DNA of 64,000 nt from Candidatus Shapirobacteria bacterium CG_4_10_14_0_8_um_filter_39_15 (GCA_002784465.1 PFLE01000011.1:3966-67965), one strand, 5' to 3'. Shown: positions 30,485 through 40,171, counted from the stretch's first letter. Translations and numbers: made by a program. The notes: a model not told the origin generated them from the sequence alone.

Positions 30485-31270
30485 TTATTCGGCAATGCCG
30501 GCCTGGCGCAGGCGAAGGGTATATAGGGGTAAGAGGAACAACCCCAAGACGGCGGAGACCGTATCCCCCACAAACCAGCCGACACCAGGATCGATTAAGG
30601 CTGCCTCGATTGGTTTGCCACCCACGTAGGCTGCGAAGGCACCGATCAGCGCACTGACTCCACAGGCAACGACGGCAATGTCCACCGCGAGAACAAAGTG
30701 ATCCATGTTCAGGTTTCTGCCAACGTTCCCCAGGATGACGGGCACGCCCACCACCAGAACGATAAGGGGCAGAGCCAGACCCCAAGGGGATGGCAAAGCC
30801 AGAACAATATTGACCAGACCCGCCGCCATGACCGCCAGAGCGAGCACGACGACGCGAACGGCCCCGTTCAGCACGTCATACGGATCTTTGCAGCCGAACG
30901 TAGGATCAAGTCTTAACATTCGGAACAGAAGGGCAGGCAGCATTGCGTTGGCAAACCCGCCGGCAATGGGATTCTGGATGATGTCCGTAATACCCCATCC
31001 GCCATACGCGAAAATACCGGCTGTATACGCACCGAGTCCGCCTGCCACCGCTCCGAGCCATGGTCCAAGCCAGATTCCCGCGACCAACTGCAAGGCCGCA
31101 GGTAACCAGATGAAGCTCGCCCCCTTCACAGAGGGTGACGAACCAACGGTTATCATGACCCAACCGATCGCGGCGATGGCCACTGCCAGAAAGCCGGCGA
31201 AGGTGTAGCGTAGAACCGGGTCACGTCGTGCAACGTACGTCTTAGAACTTGCCATTGGAATTTCCTCCAT
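30485..31270 (-). CDS. Multi-TM membrane protein, probable substrate-binding (S-like) component
   Basis: About 8 hydrophobic helices, G.WLGP..GAVAGG; co-oriented directly upstream of the T-A-A fusion. Confidence 0.65.
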   Translation of the reverse strand: MEEIPMASSKTYVARRDPVLRYTFAGFLAVAIAAIGWVMITVGSSPSVKGASFIWLPAALQLVAGIWLGPWLGAVAGGLGAYTAGIFAYGGWGITDIIQNPIAGGFANAMLPALLFRMLRLDPTFGCKDPYDVLNGAVRVVVLALAVMAAGLVNIVLALPSPWGLALPLIVLVVGVPVILGNVGRNLNMDHFVLAVDIAVVACGVSALIGAFAAYVGGKPIEAALIDPGVGWFVGDTVSAVLGLFLLPLYTLRLRQAGIAE

Positions 31271-31284
31271 TTTACTAACTTTTT

Positions 31285-32055
31285 TTACAGCTGAGAAGAA
31301 AGCCTGGTCGGCATACCTACCACCTCCTCCTGCATCGCCTGAAGCTCCCGAAGCGGAGGGATTGACCCCAACATTCCTGGCTGGAGACTATCCCAAACCA
31401 CCCCAAGAGTGGGTTTGTGCGGCTCGTCGACCTTGATCATCCTTCTCGGAGTGCAAATCAGATCACAAGCCGTGTCGAATGGATCGGCGGAGAATTGCTC
31501 GGTGACCACCTGGCAGTCATGAACAACTGCGACTACCGGTGTTTTGGCACTGACGACGCCGATTGAATAGAACATGGCCCATTCAAGATCGAAATAGCCA
31601 TGCCCTTTACCAATACGAATCCCTCCGATTGTTACTGCCCCTGTTCCGGTCACTAACAAGTCAATTTTGCCGAATATGCTTTTGATGCTTTGGAGTGATA
31701 TGATAGCACCTTCGTTTTCCATGCCATCCAGGGTAGCGGCATAAAGGTACCGGCTTTTTGGGATACCAGGACCGAGAAGAACAAACCCCCTCCGAATTCC
31801 ATATGTAGAAACAATGATCGTTTTTTCTTGCCATAAAGCATGGTAGCGCAACCTTTCCAAACAATTATCCGGGGTGATGAAGACAGTATCTGCCTGTCTC
31901 CAAAAATCGCTCCTTATTAACCGACCCAGGGCTTGACCGCTTCCTACAAAATCCGCGATAAATTCACCCAGATCCATGTCGAATCGGCTATCGGGACGAG
32001 CAACCCCCTTCCTTAACTTCTCAAAAACTGCTTGCCTGACTTCATTCTTATCCAT
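31285..32055 (-). CDS. 5-formyltetrahydrofolate cyclo-ligase family (MTHFSD-like) protein
   Basis: FITPDN, DLLVTG..AV..GG.RIGKGHGYFDLEW, VVHDCQV, D.ICTP; SD GGAGG. Confidence 0.85.
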   Translation of the reverse strand: MDKNEVRQAVFEKLRKGVARPDSRFDMDLGEFIADFVGSGQALGRLIRSDFWRQADTVFITPDNCLERLRYHALWQEKTIIVSTYGIRRGFVLLGPGIPKSRYLYAATLDGMENEGAIISLQSIKSIFGKIDLLVTGTGAVTIGGIRIGKGHGYFDLEWAMFYSIGVVSAKTPVVAVVHDCQVVTEQFSADPFDTACDLICTPRRMIKVDEPHKPTLGVVWDSLQPGMLGSIPPLRELQAMQEEVVGMPTRLSSQL

Positions 32056-32171
32056 TACTCCTCCTTCATAAAATTAATACATTTCACAGGCTAGCTCTCT
32101 ACCTCTGAACAACTTTTCGGATGCAGAGCGCTAACCTGTATATTTGTTAAAGTACAATGTTTTTATCCACC

Positions 32172-32196
32172 AAAAAAGCGCCTCTTATTGGCGCTT
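32172..32196 (-). terminator. Intrinsic terminator-like hairpin upstream of the cyclo-ligase operon
   Basis: AAGCGCC-aataaga-GGCGCTT followed by a T run on the minus strand. Confidence 0.55.
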
Positions 32197-32437
32197 CCTA
32201 GTAAACAAAAACCTAATTAAAGGAAATTTTTCAACTGAAAAAAAATTTCGAACGGCCAATTTATGTATTTTCATCTTGCGGCCGGACAGTTTACAAGAAT
32301 TATTATTCTGACAATTACAAACTATAACACTGTGAAAAAGTTGTCAAGGGGCAATTATGCCCCTAGCCGTAACCATCCCCGAATTTTTGTCTCCAGATTT
32401 TTATCTGTTAATCTTTTTTTTTGATTATTTTCATTTT

Positions 32438-33853
32438 CTAGTCAAATTTATTCTTATTGGCTGTAAAAGAAGAAACAGGATATTTTCCGGTCGCGCACCC
32501 TAAACATAAACCATATTCTTTTTTAACCGTTTCGTTAACAACTTGGGAAAATTCCTCAACTGAAAGATAATTTAGCGAATCAACCTCTAGAGATTTGGCA
32601 ACTTGATTTATTTTAACCATTTCTTTTGCTATTAGCTTGTCACTGTCATTAATGTCTGTCCCTAATGGACAATAACCAATAACCGGCGGGAAAATAATTC
32701 TAAGATGTATTTTTTTAGCTCCACCATTCCGTAAATCTCCAATCCTTCTTCTTATCGTTTGCACAACCCCCCTGGTCGTTGTTCCGCGAATAATCGAATC
32801 GTCAACGATGGCGATTTCTTTCCCTTGAACAATATCGAAGGGGTGATAATTTCCATTGGCAACTTCTTTTCTCGTCTCATGGTTGGGATTAATAAAACCG
32901 CGAATTGCTCCATTGATGCTTCCGTAACGATTTTTCAACATTGACGTTTTTAAATCTATGGGTTTCCCCCAAAGTTCTGATAACCCTTGGGTAAAACCTT
33001 CTGATGCTGATTTTGCTGATTCAGCAATATAGGTCACAAAATCAATCGTTTTTGGAGGAGGATATAGTTCTACCAATTTTTTCCCAAGATTTCTTCTAAG
33101 TTTGTTAAAAATAATCATTTCGCCGGGTTTAACCTCTCTTTTATAGGAAATCTCTAAATTATTAAACGCTGATGATTCCGAAGATATGGCATAACCAGTT
33201 ATTTTATCTTGGGTAAATTCGGCATACGATAACGGACGATTACCGTATTTATCCCTAATGGCAATGATTGAATTTTTGGTAGCAAAAATTAAACAAAAGG
33301 ATCCCTCTAGTACGGGAAGACACTTCTCAATTTTGGTAATTAGACTTTTACCCGGTAAAGATAGAATTAAAGAACCAATAATTTCACTATCAGTTGTGCT
33401 AGAAAAAGAAAACCTCTTTTTTACAAGGATTTCTTTTAGCTGCGGGGCGTTTGTTATGTTTCCATTATGGGCAACAGCAAACGATCCTTTTGGTGAATCA
33501 AATAAAAAAGGAGCGGCATTTTTTAATGAAGACGAACCCGTTGTTGAATATCGGGTATGGGAAACAGCTAAATACCCCTTTAAATTTTGCTTAATATTTT
33601 CTTCACTCTCCAAATAAGTATTATATAAATTTCGTACTAAACCCATTCTTTTGAAAACCGCTGATAATTTTCGGCCATCACCAACAACAATTCCCGCCGA
33701 TTCCTCACCTCGGTGTTGCAAGGCCAATAATCCGGAAAGAGTAGAAGTTACGATCGTGTTTGAAAAATCCGGGTGAGGAAAAAATATACCAAATACCCCA
33801 CATTCTTCATGCGGATGATCAATATAAATTTTATTTGAATATAATATCTTCAT
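32438..33853 (-). CDS. purF: Amidophosphoribosyltransferase, with an apparent in-frame internal deletion
   Basis: EECGVFG, LQHRGEESAG, HTRYST.G, HNGN, VDDSIIRGTT, CLGC.TG.YP; the C.FE..YFARPDS segment is absent. Confidence 0.88.
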   Translation of the reverse strand: MKILYSNKIYIDHPHEECGVFGIFFPHPDFSNTIVTSTLSGLLALQHRGEESAGIVVGDGRKLSAVFKRMGLVRNLYNTYLESEENIKQNLKGYLAVSHTRYSTTGSSSLKNAAPFLFDSPKGSFAVAHNGNITNAPQLKEILVKKRFSFSSTTDSEIIGSLILSLPGKSLITKIEKCLPVLEGSFCLIFATKNSIIAIRDKYGNRPLSYAEFTQDKITGYAISSESSAFNNLEISYKREVKPGEMIIFNKLRRNLGKKLVELYPPPKTIDFVTYIAESAKSASEGFTQGLSELWGKPIDLKTSMLKNRYGSINGAIRGFINPNHETRKEVANGNYHPFDIVQGKEIAIVDDSIIRGTTTRGVVQTIRRRIGDLRNGGAKKIHLRIIFPPVIGYCPLGTDINDSDKLIAKEMVKINQVAKSLEVDSLNYLSVEEFSQVVNETVKKEYGLCLGCATGKYPVSSFTANKNKFD

Positions 33854-33880
33854 AAAACCCGAGTGCTAAAATTCGGTGGG

Positions 33881-34411
33881 TCAAGTACCAAATAAGGGAA
33901 GTTTGCCTAATGAATAAAAAGAAATCGTAATTTCCACCTTTTCTTCACCTTGCTTTAATACGGCCACGACTCCAACGACCCGGGCGTTGACTTCTTTCAT
34001 CAAATCATCTACCACTTTTATGGTTTTTCCGGTGGAAACAACATCATCAACAATCAGGACTTTTTTTCCTTTTATCAACTCGGCATCCGGTCCGTTTAAA
34101 ACCATCCCTGGTTTAGTTTTACTGGAAATCGGATGAGTCATATAACCCATGATGTTTTTTCTTAGGATTATATAACGAGGTTTTTTTAAAAGATTGGACA
34201 ATTCTTGCATTAAAGGGACAACTTTTACTTCCGGACCAACCAAATAATCAAAATCCAAATCCTTTATTTTTTCGGCCAGAGATTCGGCCACTTTTTTGAC
34301 CAATTCTCCATCACCAAGAAGGTTAAATGAAGCAATTTTCAAAAGAGGTCCTATGCTGACGATAGGAAGCTCTCTTTCCAAACCGCATATGTTTAATTTA
34401 TAAACATTCAT
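33881..34411 (-). CDS. Type I phosphoribosyltransferase (APRT-like)
   Basis: VLIVDDVVSTGKT PRPP loop; ATG 34411 preferred. Confidence 0.85.
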   Translation of the reverse strand: MNVYKLNICGLERELPIVSIGPLLKIASFNLLGDGELVKKVAESLAEKIKDLDFDYLVGPEVKVVPLMQELSNLLKKPRYIILRKNIMGYMTHPISSKTKPGMVLNGPDAELIKGKKVLIVDDVVSTGKTIKVVDDLMKEVNARVVGVVAVLKQGEEKVEITISFYSLGKLPLFGT

Positions 34412-34533
34412 AAAATTATGATAACAGAATTGCCTTTTTTTGTTAAACTTTATATGAGCAATCAGACTGATTCGTGGTTTAGGAGGAAGATTGGTTGGTC
34501 TCGCCTGTGTTTGTAATTTGGGAAACATCACAA

Positions 34534-34593
34534 CTACGTTCACACCTTAAAGGTGAATTAGCTTCACACCTCGGGTATTTGTTCACTTACGAG
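34534..34593 (+). repeat. REP family B copy; 34543-34593 identical to 36031-36081
   Basis: CACCTTAAAGGTGAATTAGCTTCACACCTCGGGTATTTGTTCACTTACGAG in both places. Confidence 0.9.
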
Positions 34594-34664
34594 ATGTTTT
34601 TGAATAAGACTTTCTAAAAAATGCCAATAATCACTTTTGCCCCGATCTATTCCTATAATGTTTA

Positions 34665-35855
34665 TTACTTATACCAATTCCTAAAATTCGGATATGGTCT
34701 ATCGAACATGCAACAAAGCAGTGCCATTCGTACGTCTACTCCATTTCCTACTTGGCGAAAATAAGCCGCCCTTGGGTCACTATCCACTCGAGGGTCTATT
34801 TCTCCTCTTCTGGGCAGAGGATGGATTAATGTTAAATCTTTCTTTGCTTCTTTCATAATTTCCGGCGTTATTCTATAGAGATTTTCGTAACGCCTACATT
34901 CATCAAGATCTTTAAATCTTTCATTTTGAATTCTTGTAACATACAAAACATCAAGTGATGGCAATACTTCCGCCAAATCGCCAGTAACGACTACCTCACT
35001 TTGTCCTCCCCGTGTTAAAGATTCAATAATTGGTTGAGGCATTGATAGTTGTTCAGGAGAAATAAAATAGAACACCGCCGGTCCGCCCATACAGTTCAAC
35101 GATTTAGTCAGCGAATGTACCGTCCTTCCGTGTTTTAAATCCCCCAACATTCCTATATGCAACCTATGTAAATCATTAGCATTTTTGAGTCTTTTTTCCC
35201 AAATAATTGTGGTAATATCCAAAAGAGCTTGACTTGGGTGTTCACCTATTCCATCTCCCGCATTTATGACTCGCGGTTTTGTTCCATCACACCTAGTCAT
35301 AGATTGAAGGGCAAAAGCGGCTATTGCTGCCGCCCCGACTTCAGGGTGCCTTTGAACAATGACTGGAGAAATTTCCCCCATGACAATGGCATTGTCGGCT
35401 ACCGTTTCTCCCTTCGAAAAAGAAGACATTCTTATCATATCAGGGTTAGAAACAACGTCTAATCCCAATATTTGAGCTGCCGCTTCAAAAGACGTCCTTG
35501 TTCTGGTGCTTGGCTCGTAAAATGCAGTTTGCATGGAAAGAGGAAAAAGCCAACTTTTCAACTCAAATAACGCTCGCTGCTCCTTAGACATCCTTGTATC
35601 TCTAATTCTTGTTGCCATATTCACAATTTCAGCAAAATCATTAGCGGTTAACTGTTCCACACTAATAAAACTTTTGTTTCCCCACTCTCCCTCAATTTTT
35701 GGAGGACGCCAATGCTCGGGCATTCCAATTCTTTCCGCCTCTTCCTTCATACTTAACGATCCCTCTCTTTTATTAGTGCTTAATTCGCTCGAATTAGGCT
35801 CAATGATTCTGGTAATATCTGGAATTATTTCAAACCGTTCAACACTGGCAAACAT
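34665..35855 (-). CDS. pyrB: Aspartate carbamoyltransferase catalytic subunit
   Basis: FYEPSTRTRTSF, KGET, NAGDG..EHPSQALLD, GDLKHGRT.HS, YVTRIQ.ER, HPLPR. Confidence 0.93.
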   Translation of the reverse strand: MFASVERFEIIPDITRIIEPNSSELSTNKREGSLSMKEEAERIGMPEHWRPPKIEGEWGNKSFISVEQLTANDFAEIVNMATRIRDTRMSKEQRALFELKSWLFPLSMQTAFYEPSTRTRTSFEAAAQILGLDVVSNPDMIRMSSFSKGETVADNAIVMGEISPVIVQRHPEVGAAAIAAFALQSMTRCDGTKPRVINAGDGIGEHPSQALLDITTIIWEKRLKNANDLHRLHIGMLGDLKHGRTVHSLTKSLNCMGGPAVFYFISPEQLSMPQPIIESLTRGGQSEVVVTGDLAEVLPSLDVLYVTRIQNERFKDLDECRRYENLYRITPEIMKEAKKDLTLIHPLPRRGEIDPRVDSDPRAAYFRQVGNGVDVRMALLCCMFDRPYPNFRNWYK

Positions 35856-36030
35856 ATTATTAAACTATTCCCTCTCATCGGTGGTTGAAATTTTCTAACA
35901 ATAACTTCTTATTGTGATATCTTCTCATGTTCTTCTTAATAAAGTTTTTGGCTCTAGGAAATTATTATAAAGACAATTTACCCCGGATCAAGTCCCACTT
36001 TAACTTCATACAACAGGTGTCAATGTTACC

Positions 36031-36081
36031 CACCTTAAAGGTGAATTAGCTTCACACCTCGGGTATTTGTTCACTTACGAG
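36031..36081 (+). repeat. REP family B copy overlapping the dnaE stop codon
   Basis: dnaE TGA (36052-36054) lies within the REP tail. Confidence 0.9.
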
Positions 36082-39000
36082 TAATTTTTGAATCTCTTTT
36101 TCTAAATTTTTATTATAATTTACCCCAAAATTCAAAACCAACTTCTTGGTATTGCCATTATTTTCAAAAACCAAAACCCCATTATTTTCACCCGGATTGT
36201 CTTTCAAAATTTTATTCAGTTCAACCAGTATTTCCGGCGCGGTTCCTTTGGGAATATTAACGGTAAAATCATAATGTGTGCCATTCCCGTTGGTTTTTAA
36301 AGTTGAAAGCGAAACTGCTTTTTCCGCAATAATCGAAATTCGATCGTCTCTGATTTCCAGTTTTCCTTCAACAATCACGATTTGATCTTTTACCCAGTTT
36401 GACTTAGACTCGGCATATACTTTAGGAAATACTATTACCTCTATCTTACCGGTTTGGTCTTCAAGCGTGGCAAAAACCATTTCCGAATTGGTTTTTTTGG
36501 TAAAAGTAGTCCGTAAAGCCGATATTATTCCTCCAATTTTAACCTTATCGATTGGTTCATATAAATCGGTTAATTCGCCGATTTTATGGCTAACTTCGTT
36601 TGTCAACAAGGCCAGAACAGCTGTCAGAGGATGCTCGGTTAAATAAAAGCCTAATAAATCTTTTTCCAAAGTGAGCAATTCATTTCTTGAAAATTCTTCA
36701 ATTTTTGGTAAATTATCCTTGCTTTCAATTTTATTCTGATTATCCTCGTCGTTGTTAAACAAATTTCCCTGACCGGAGATTATATTCTTCTGACTATTCT
36801 CGCATCCGAGCCGGATCTTATCTAATCCTGCCAATTGGGCGGCCCGAGATCCGAAGTGATCCATCGCCCCCACTTTAATCAACGATTCTAAAACTTTTTT
36901 ATTGACTTTCTGGCCATTCACCCGCCCGCAAAAATCCGTTAATGTTTTGAAATCGCCATTTTTTGATCTAGCTTCTAAAATCGCTCCAATGGCCGCTTCG
37001 CCGACATTTTTAATGGCCGAAAGTCCAAACCGAATAGCTTTGTCTTCCCGCGAACCAGTATCTCTTTCAATCGTAAAACCAACATCTGATTTGTTAATAT
37101 CCGGCGGTAGAACTTTTATTCCCATATGGTTACATTCCTGAATTCCTTCGGTCACCTTATCCGTATCACCAGATTCCGCTGTTAATAAAGCCGTCATGTA
37201 TTCATCCGGATAATGAGCTTTTAAATAAGCGGTCTGATAAGAAACAAAGCCATAGGATGCCGCGTGAGCTTTGTTAAATCCATACCCTTGAAAAGGAACA
37301 AATAATTCCCAAAGTTTTTCCGCTTCCTTTTTGGAGATGTTGGAAAATTTCTGGCAACCTTCCACAAAAATTTCGTGCTGTTTCGCCATTTCCGCCGGAA
37401 TTTTTTTACCGATCGCGACTCGCAGCTTATCAACCGATTCCCAGTTATAACCGGCCAATTCCATGGCCGTAAACAAAATGTCCTCCTGATAAACTAAAAT
37501 GCCGTAGGATTTGTCGAGAAATTTTTCCATTTTCGGATGAAGATAGGTAACTTTATTCCTCCCGTGTTTTCGGGCAATGAATTCCGGAATATTTGCCATT
37601 GGTCCGGGACGGAATAAGGCAATCATTACCATTAAATCTTCAATTCGGTTTGGTTTAAGATCAATCAACCATTTAGTCATCCCCGATCCGCCCAATTGAA
37701 AAGTTCCCATAGTTTCCCCCCTTGCCAACATATCGAAGGTCTTTTTATCATCAAGAGGTATTTTACCCAAATCAATTTTTTCGCCGATTGCCTTTTCGAT
37801 AATTTCTAAGGCCGATGTTAATATCGAAAGATTTCTTATTCCCAAAATATCAAACTTAACCAGACCAACTTCTTCGCAAGCATGCATTTCGTATTGAGTA
37901 ATTATTTTTATGCCTTCAGGCTCAAGTTGCAAGGGAGTAAAATTCGTCATTTCTTCCGGAGCAACAACGACACCGGCCGCATGAACAGAAGAATGGCGGG
38001 CATTGCCTTCAATTTCCTGTGCCACGTCTAAAACGCGTTTTGCGTCGGGTTCATTGATGTACATCGTTTTTAATTCGGGGGAGATTTCAATCGCGTGTTT
38101 AATCGTCATCGGGAAACCCTGCGACCCCATCGGAATTAATTTGGAAATTTTATCCGGAAAAGAATAAGGATGACCTAAAACTCGGCCAACGTCTCTAACA
38201 GCAGCGCGAGCTAACATCCTACCAAAAGTACAAATTTGAGCAACTTTATTAGCCCCGTATTTTTGAACAATATATGTGATCAATTCGTCTCTGCGATTAT
38301 CGGCAATATCTAAATCTATATCCGGCGGTTTAGGCCGGAAAGGATTTAAAAATCTTTCAAAGGGCAAGGCGTATTTAATCGGATCAACCGAAGTGATTCC
38401 TAAAACATAAGAAACGATCGAACCGGCGGCTGAACCTCTGGTATTTGTAACAATCCCCCGATTGGTACACCAGTTAACCATATCGGCCATTATTAAAAAA
38501 TATGAAGCATAACCCTTATTGATAATTACCTCCAGCTCATAATCGAGTCTTTTTTTTGTTTCTTCGACTGCTTGAGGATATTTTTCCGGAAAACCGGCGG
38601 AAGCCAATTCTTTTAAATAATCTGGCTCTGTTTTACCTTCCGGAAGATCAAATTTTGGAAACAGCCATTTTCCTAGTTCCATTTGCAAATCAACCATTTT
38701 GCTGATTTTAACCGTATTTTTTAAGGCGTCCGGAACATCGGCAAAAAGACTTTTCATTTCTTGCGGTGTTCGAAGATGAAAGGTTGGGTTGTCAACGTAC
38801 CGCAACCTGTCAATATCAGAAACTAATTTCCCCGTTGACACGCAAACCAAAACATCCTGTGCAAAAGCATCCGATTGCTTGAGATAATGAACGTCATTCG
38901 TCGCCACCAAGGGAATCCCTAATTCACGGCTCAATTTTACCGTATCTCTTACCCAAATATCCTCACTCCTTTGCATTTCCGTTAACCTGGTTATGATTTT

Positions 39001-39570
39001 TGCGTCTTTTGTTTTATCCAAATATTGAGAATATTGGTGCCGTTGAATTTCCAAATAATAATTATCTTCACCAAACAAATTTTCATACCATAAGACCGTT
39101 TCTTTAGCCTTCTGGTAATTATTTTCGATTAATAGCTGGCCAATTTCTCCTTTGGGACAAGCAGTCAAACAGATTAAACCTTCGTGATATTTTTTTAAAA
39201 CTTCTTTGTCAAAACGCGGACGGTAATAAAAACCTTCCAATTGGGCAATGGTAGAAATTTTCATCAGGTTTTTATAACCTTCTAAATTTTTGGCAATCAA
39301 AACCAGGTGGTTGTTTTCTTTGTCGCTTTTTCCTTCTTTTTTCCGAAGGTCACCATTGACGATATACCCTTCCATCCCAATCAACGGTTTAATTTCTTGA
39401 TCTAAACATTCTTTATAAAATTCAATTGCCCCATACATAACTCCATGATCGGTTAATGCCACTGAATCCATACCAAGATTCTTTACATAAGAAACAAGAT
39501 TTTTTATCTTAGGAAGTCCGTCTAAAAGGGAATATTCGCTGTGAACATGAAGATGAACAAAATCAGCCAT
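36052..39570 (-). CDS. dnaE: DNA polymerase III alpha subunit
   Basis: FVHLHVHSEYSLLDG, RGSAAGS, PPDIDLD, KFDILG, YGFNKAH; ATG 39570. Confidence 0.97.
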   Translation of the reverse strand: MADFVHLHVHSEYSLLDGLPKIKNLVSYVKNLGMDSVALTDHGVMYGAIEFYKECLDQEIKPLIGMEGYIVNGDLRKKEGKSDKENNHLVLIAKNLEGYKNLMKISTIAQLEGFYYRPRFDKEVLKKYHEGLICLTACPKGEIGQLLIENNYQKAKETVLWYENLFGEDNYYLEIQRHQYSQYLDKTKDAKIITRLTEMQRSEDIWVRDTVKLSRELGIPLVATNDVHYLKQSDAFAQDVLVCVSTGKLVSDIDRLRYVDNPTFHLRTPQEMKSLFADVPDALKNTVKISKMVDLQMELGKWLFPKFDLPEGKTEPDYLKELASAGFPEKYPQAVEETKKRLDYELEVIINKGYASYFLIMADMVNWCTNRGIVTNTRGSAAGSIVSYVLGITSVDPIKYALPFERFLNPFRPKPPDIDLDIADNRRDELITYIVQKYGANKVAQICTFGRMLARAAVRDVGRVLGHPYSFPDKISKLIPMGSQGFPMTIKHAIEISPELKTMYINEPDAKRVLDVAQEIEGNARHSSVHAAGVVVAPEEMTNFTPLQLEPEGIKIITQYEMHACEEVGLVKFDILGIRNLSILTSALEIIEKAIGEKIDLGKIPLDDKKTFDMLARGETMGTFQLGGSGMTKWLIDLKPNRIEDLMVMIALFRPGPMANIPEFIARKHGRNKVTYLHPKMEKFLDKSYGILVYQEDILFTAMELAGYNWESVDKLRVAIGKKIPAEMAKQHEIFVEGCQKFSNISKKEAEKLWELFVPFQGYGFNKAHAASYGFVSYQTAYLKAHYPDEYMTALLTAESGDTDKVTEGIQECNHMGIKVLPPDINKSDVGFTIERDTGSREDKAIRFGLSAIKNVGEAAIGAILEARSKNGDFKTLTDFCGRVNGQKVNKKVLESLIKVGAMDHFGSRAAQLAGLDKIRLGCENSQKNIISGQGNLFNNDEDNQNKIESKDNLPKIEEFSRNELLTLEKDLLGFYLTEHPLTAVLALLTNEVSHKIGELTDLYEPIDKVKIGGIISALRTTFTKKTNSEMVFATLEDQTGKIEVIVFPKVYAESKSNWVKDQIVIVEGKLEIRDDRISIIAEKAVSLSTLKTNGNGTHYDFTVNIPKGTAPEILVELNKILKDNPGENNGVLVFENNGNTKKLVLNFGVNYNKNLEKEIQKLLVSEQIPEV

Positions 39571-40156
39571 TTTGACTCCTGTGTTGTTCCCGTTCTCCAT
39601 CAGAAGCTCTTTGCCATAAATGTTGAAAGACTTCTCCCGGTGTTCCTTTCTGATCGTCTGTCAATTCGTCTAAACTGCTTATTCCCAGGGTGAAAGAAAT
39701 TTTGCCTTCTGCCTTTGCGGCTTTCCAGGGAATTCCTATGGTTTGAATATCCTGTAAAGACGTAACGCCTTCTTTGCCGTGTTCGCCGACGAAAAGAACT
39801 CCAAATTCGTCTCCCACAGAATGAGAACGCATGGCTAAACCATTCGAACCGGCAAGTTTTCCTAATTTGGCCGCCACGGTTTTCAGAACTTCATCTCCGG
39901 TAGCATGATTGAATGCATTATTAACATCTCGAAATTTGGTTAAATCCACGACGGCGACGACCACATTATCCCCAACTGTTTGCGCTTCTTGCATCCTTTC
40001 AAGAATCACTTTTCTTCCAAATTCACTGGTTTTGAATAAACCGGTCAGCTCATCAAAGGTCAAAAGAGATGTTAATCTGGCGTTATCTAAACGTAATTCA
40101 GTATTTTCTTGTTGAAGTAAATCAACTGAAGATAAATTCTCGCCTGCCTCTGCCAT
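39563..40156 (-). CDS. GGDEF-domain protein with variant VGDEF motif
   Basis: DELTGL, D...F.DVN.AF.H.TGDEVL, VGDEF. Confidence 0.8.
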   Translation of the reverse strand: MAEAGENLSSVDLLQQENTELRLDNARLTSLLTFDELTGLFKTSEFGRKVILERMQEAQTVGDNVVVAVVDLTKFRDVNNAFNHATGDEVLKTVAAKLGKLAGSNGLAMRSHSVGDEFGVLFVGEHGKEGVTSLQDIQTIGIPWKAAKAEGKISFTLGISSLDELTDDQKGTPGEVFQHLWQRASDGEREQHRSQNG

Positions 40157-40171
40157 AAATCTATAATAAAC

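Noticed and set aside
34565-34659. IIGIDRG peptide downstream of pyrB resembling a RuvC-I motif
   Set aside because: About 30 codons with no start and no further nuclease motifs; treated as chance
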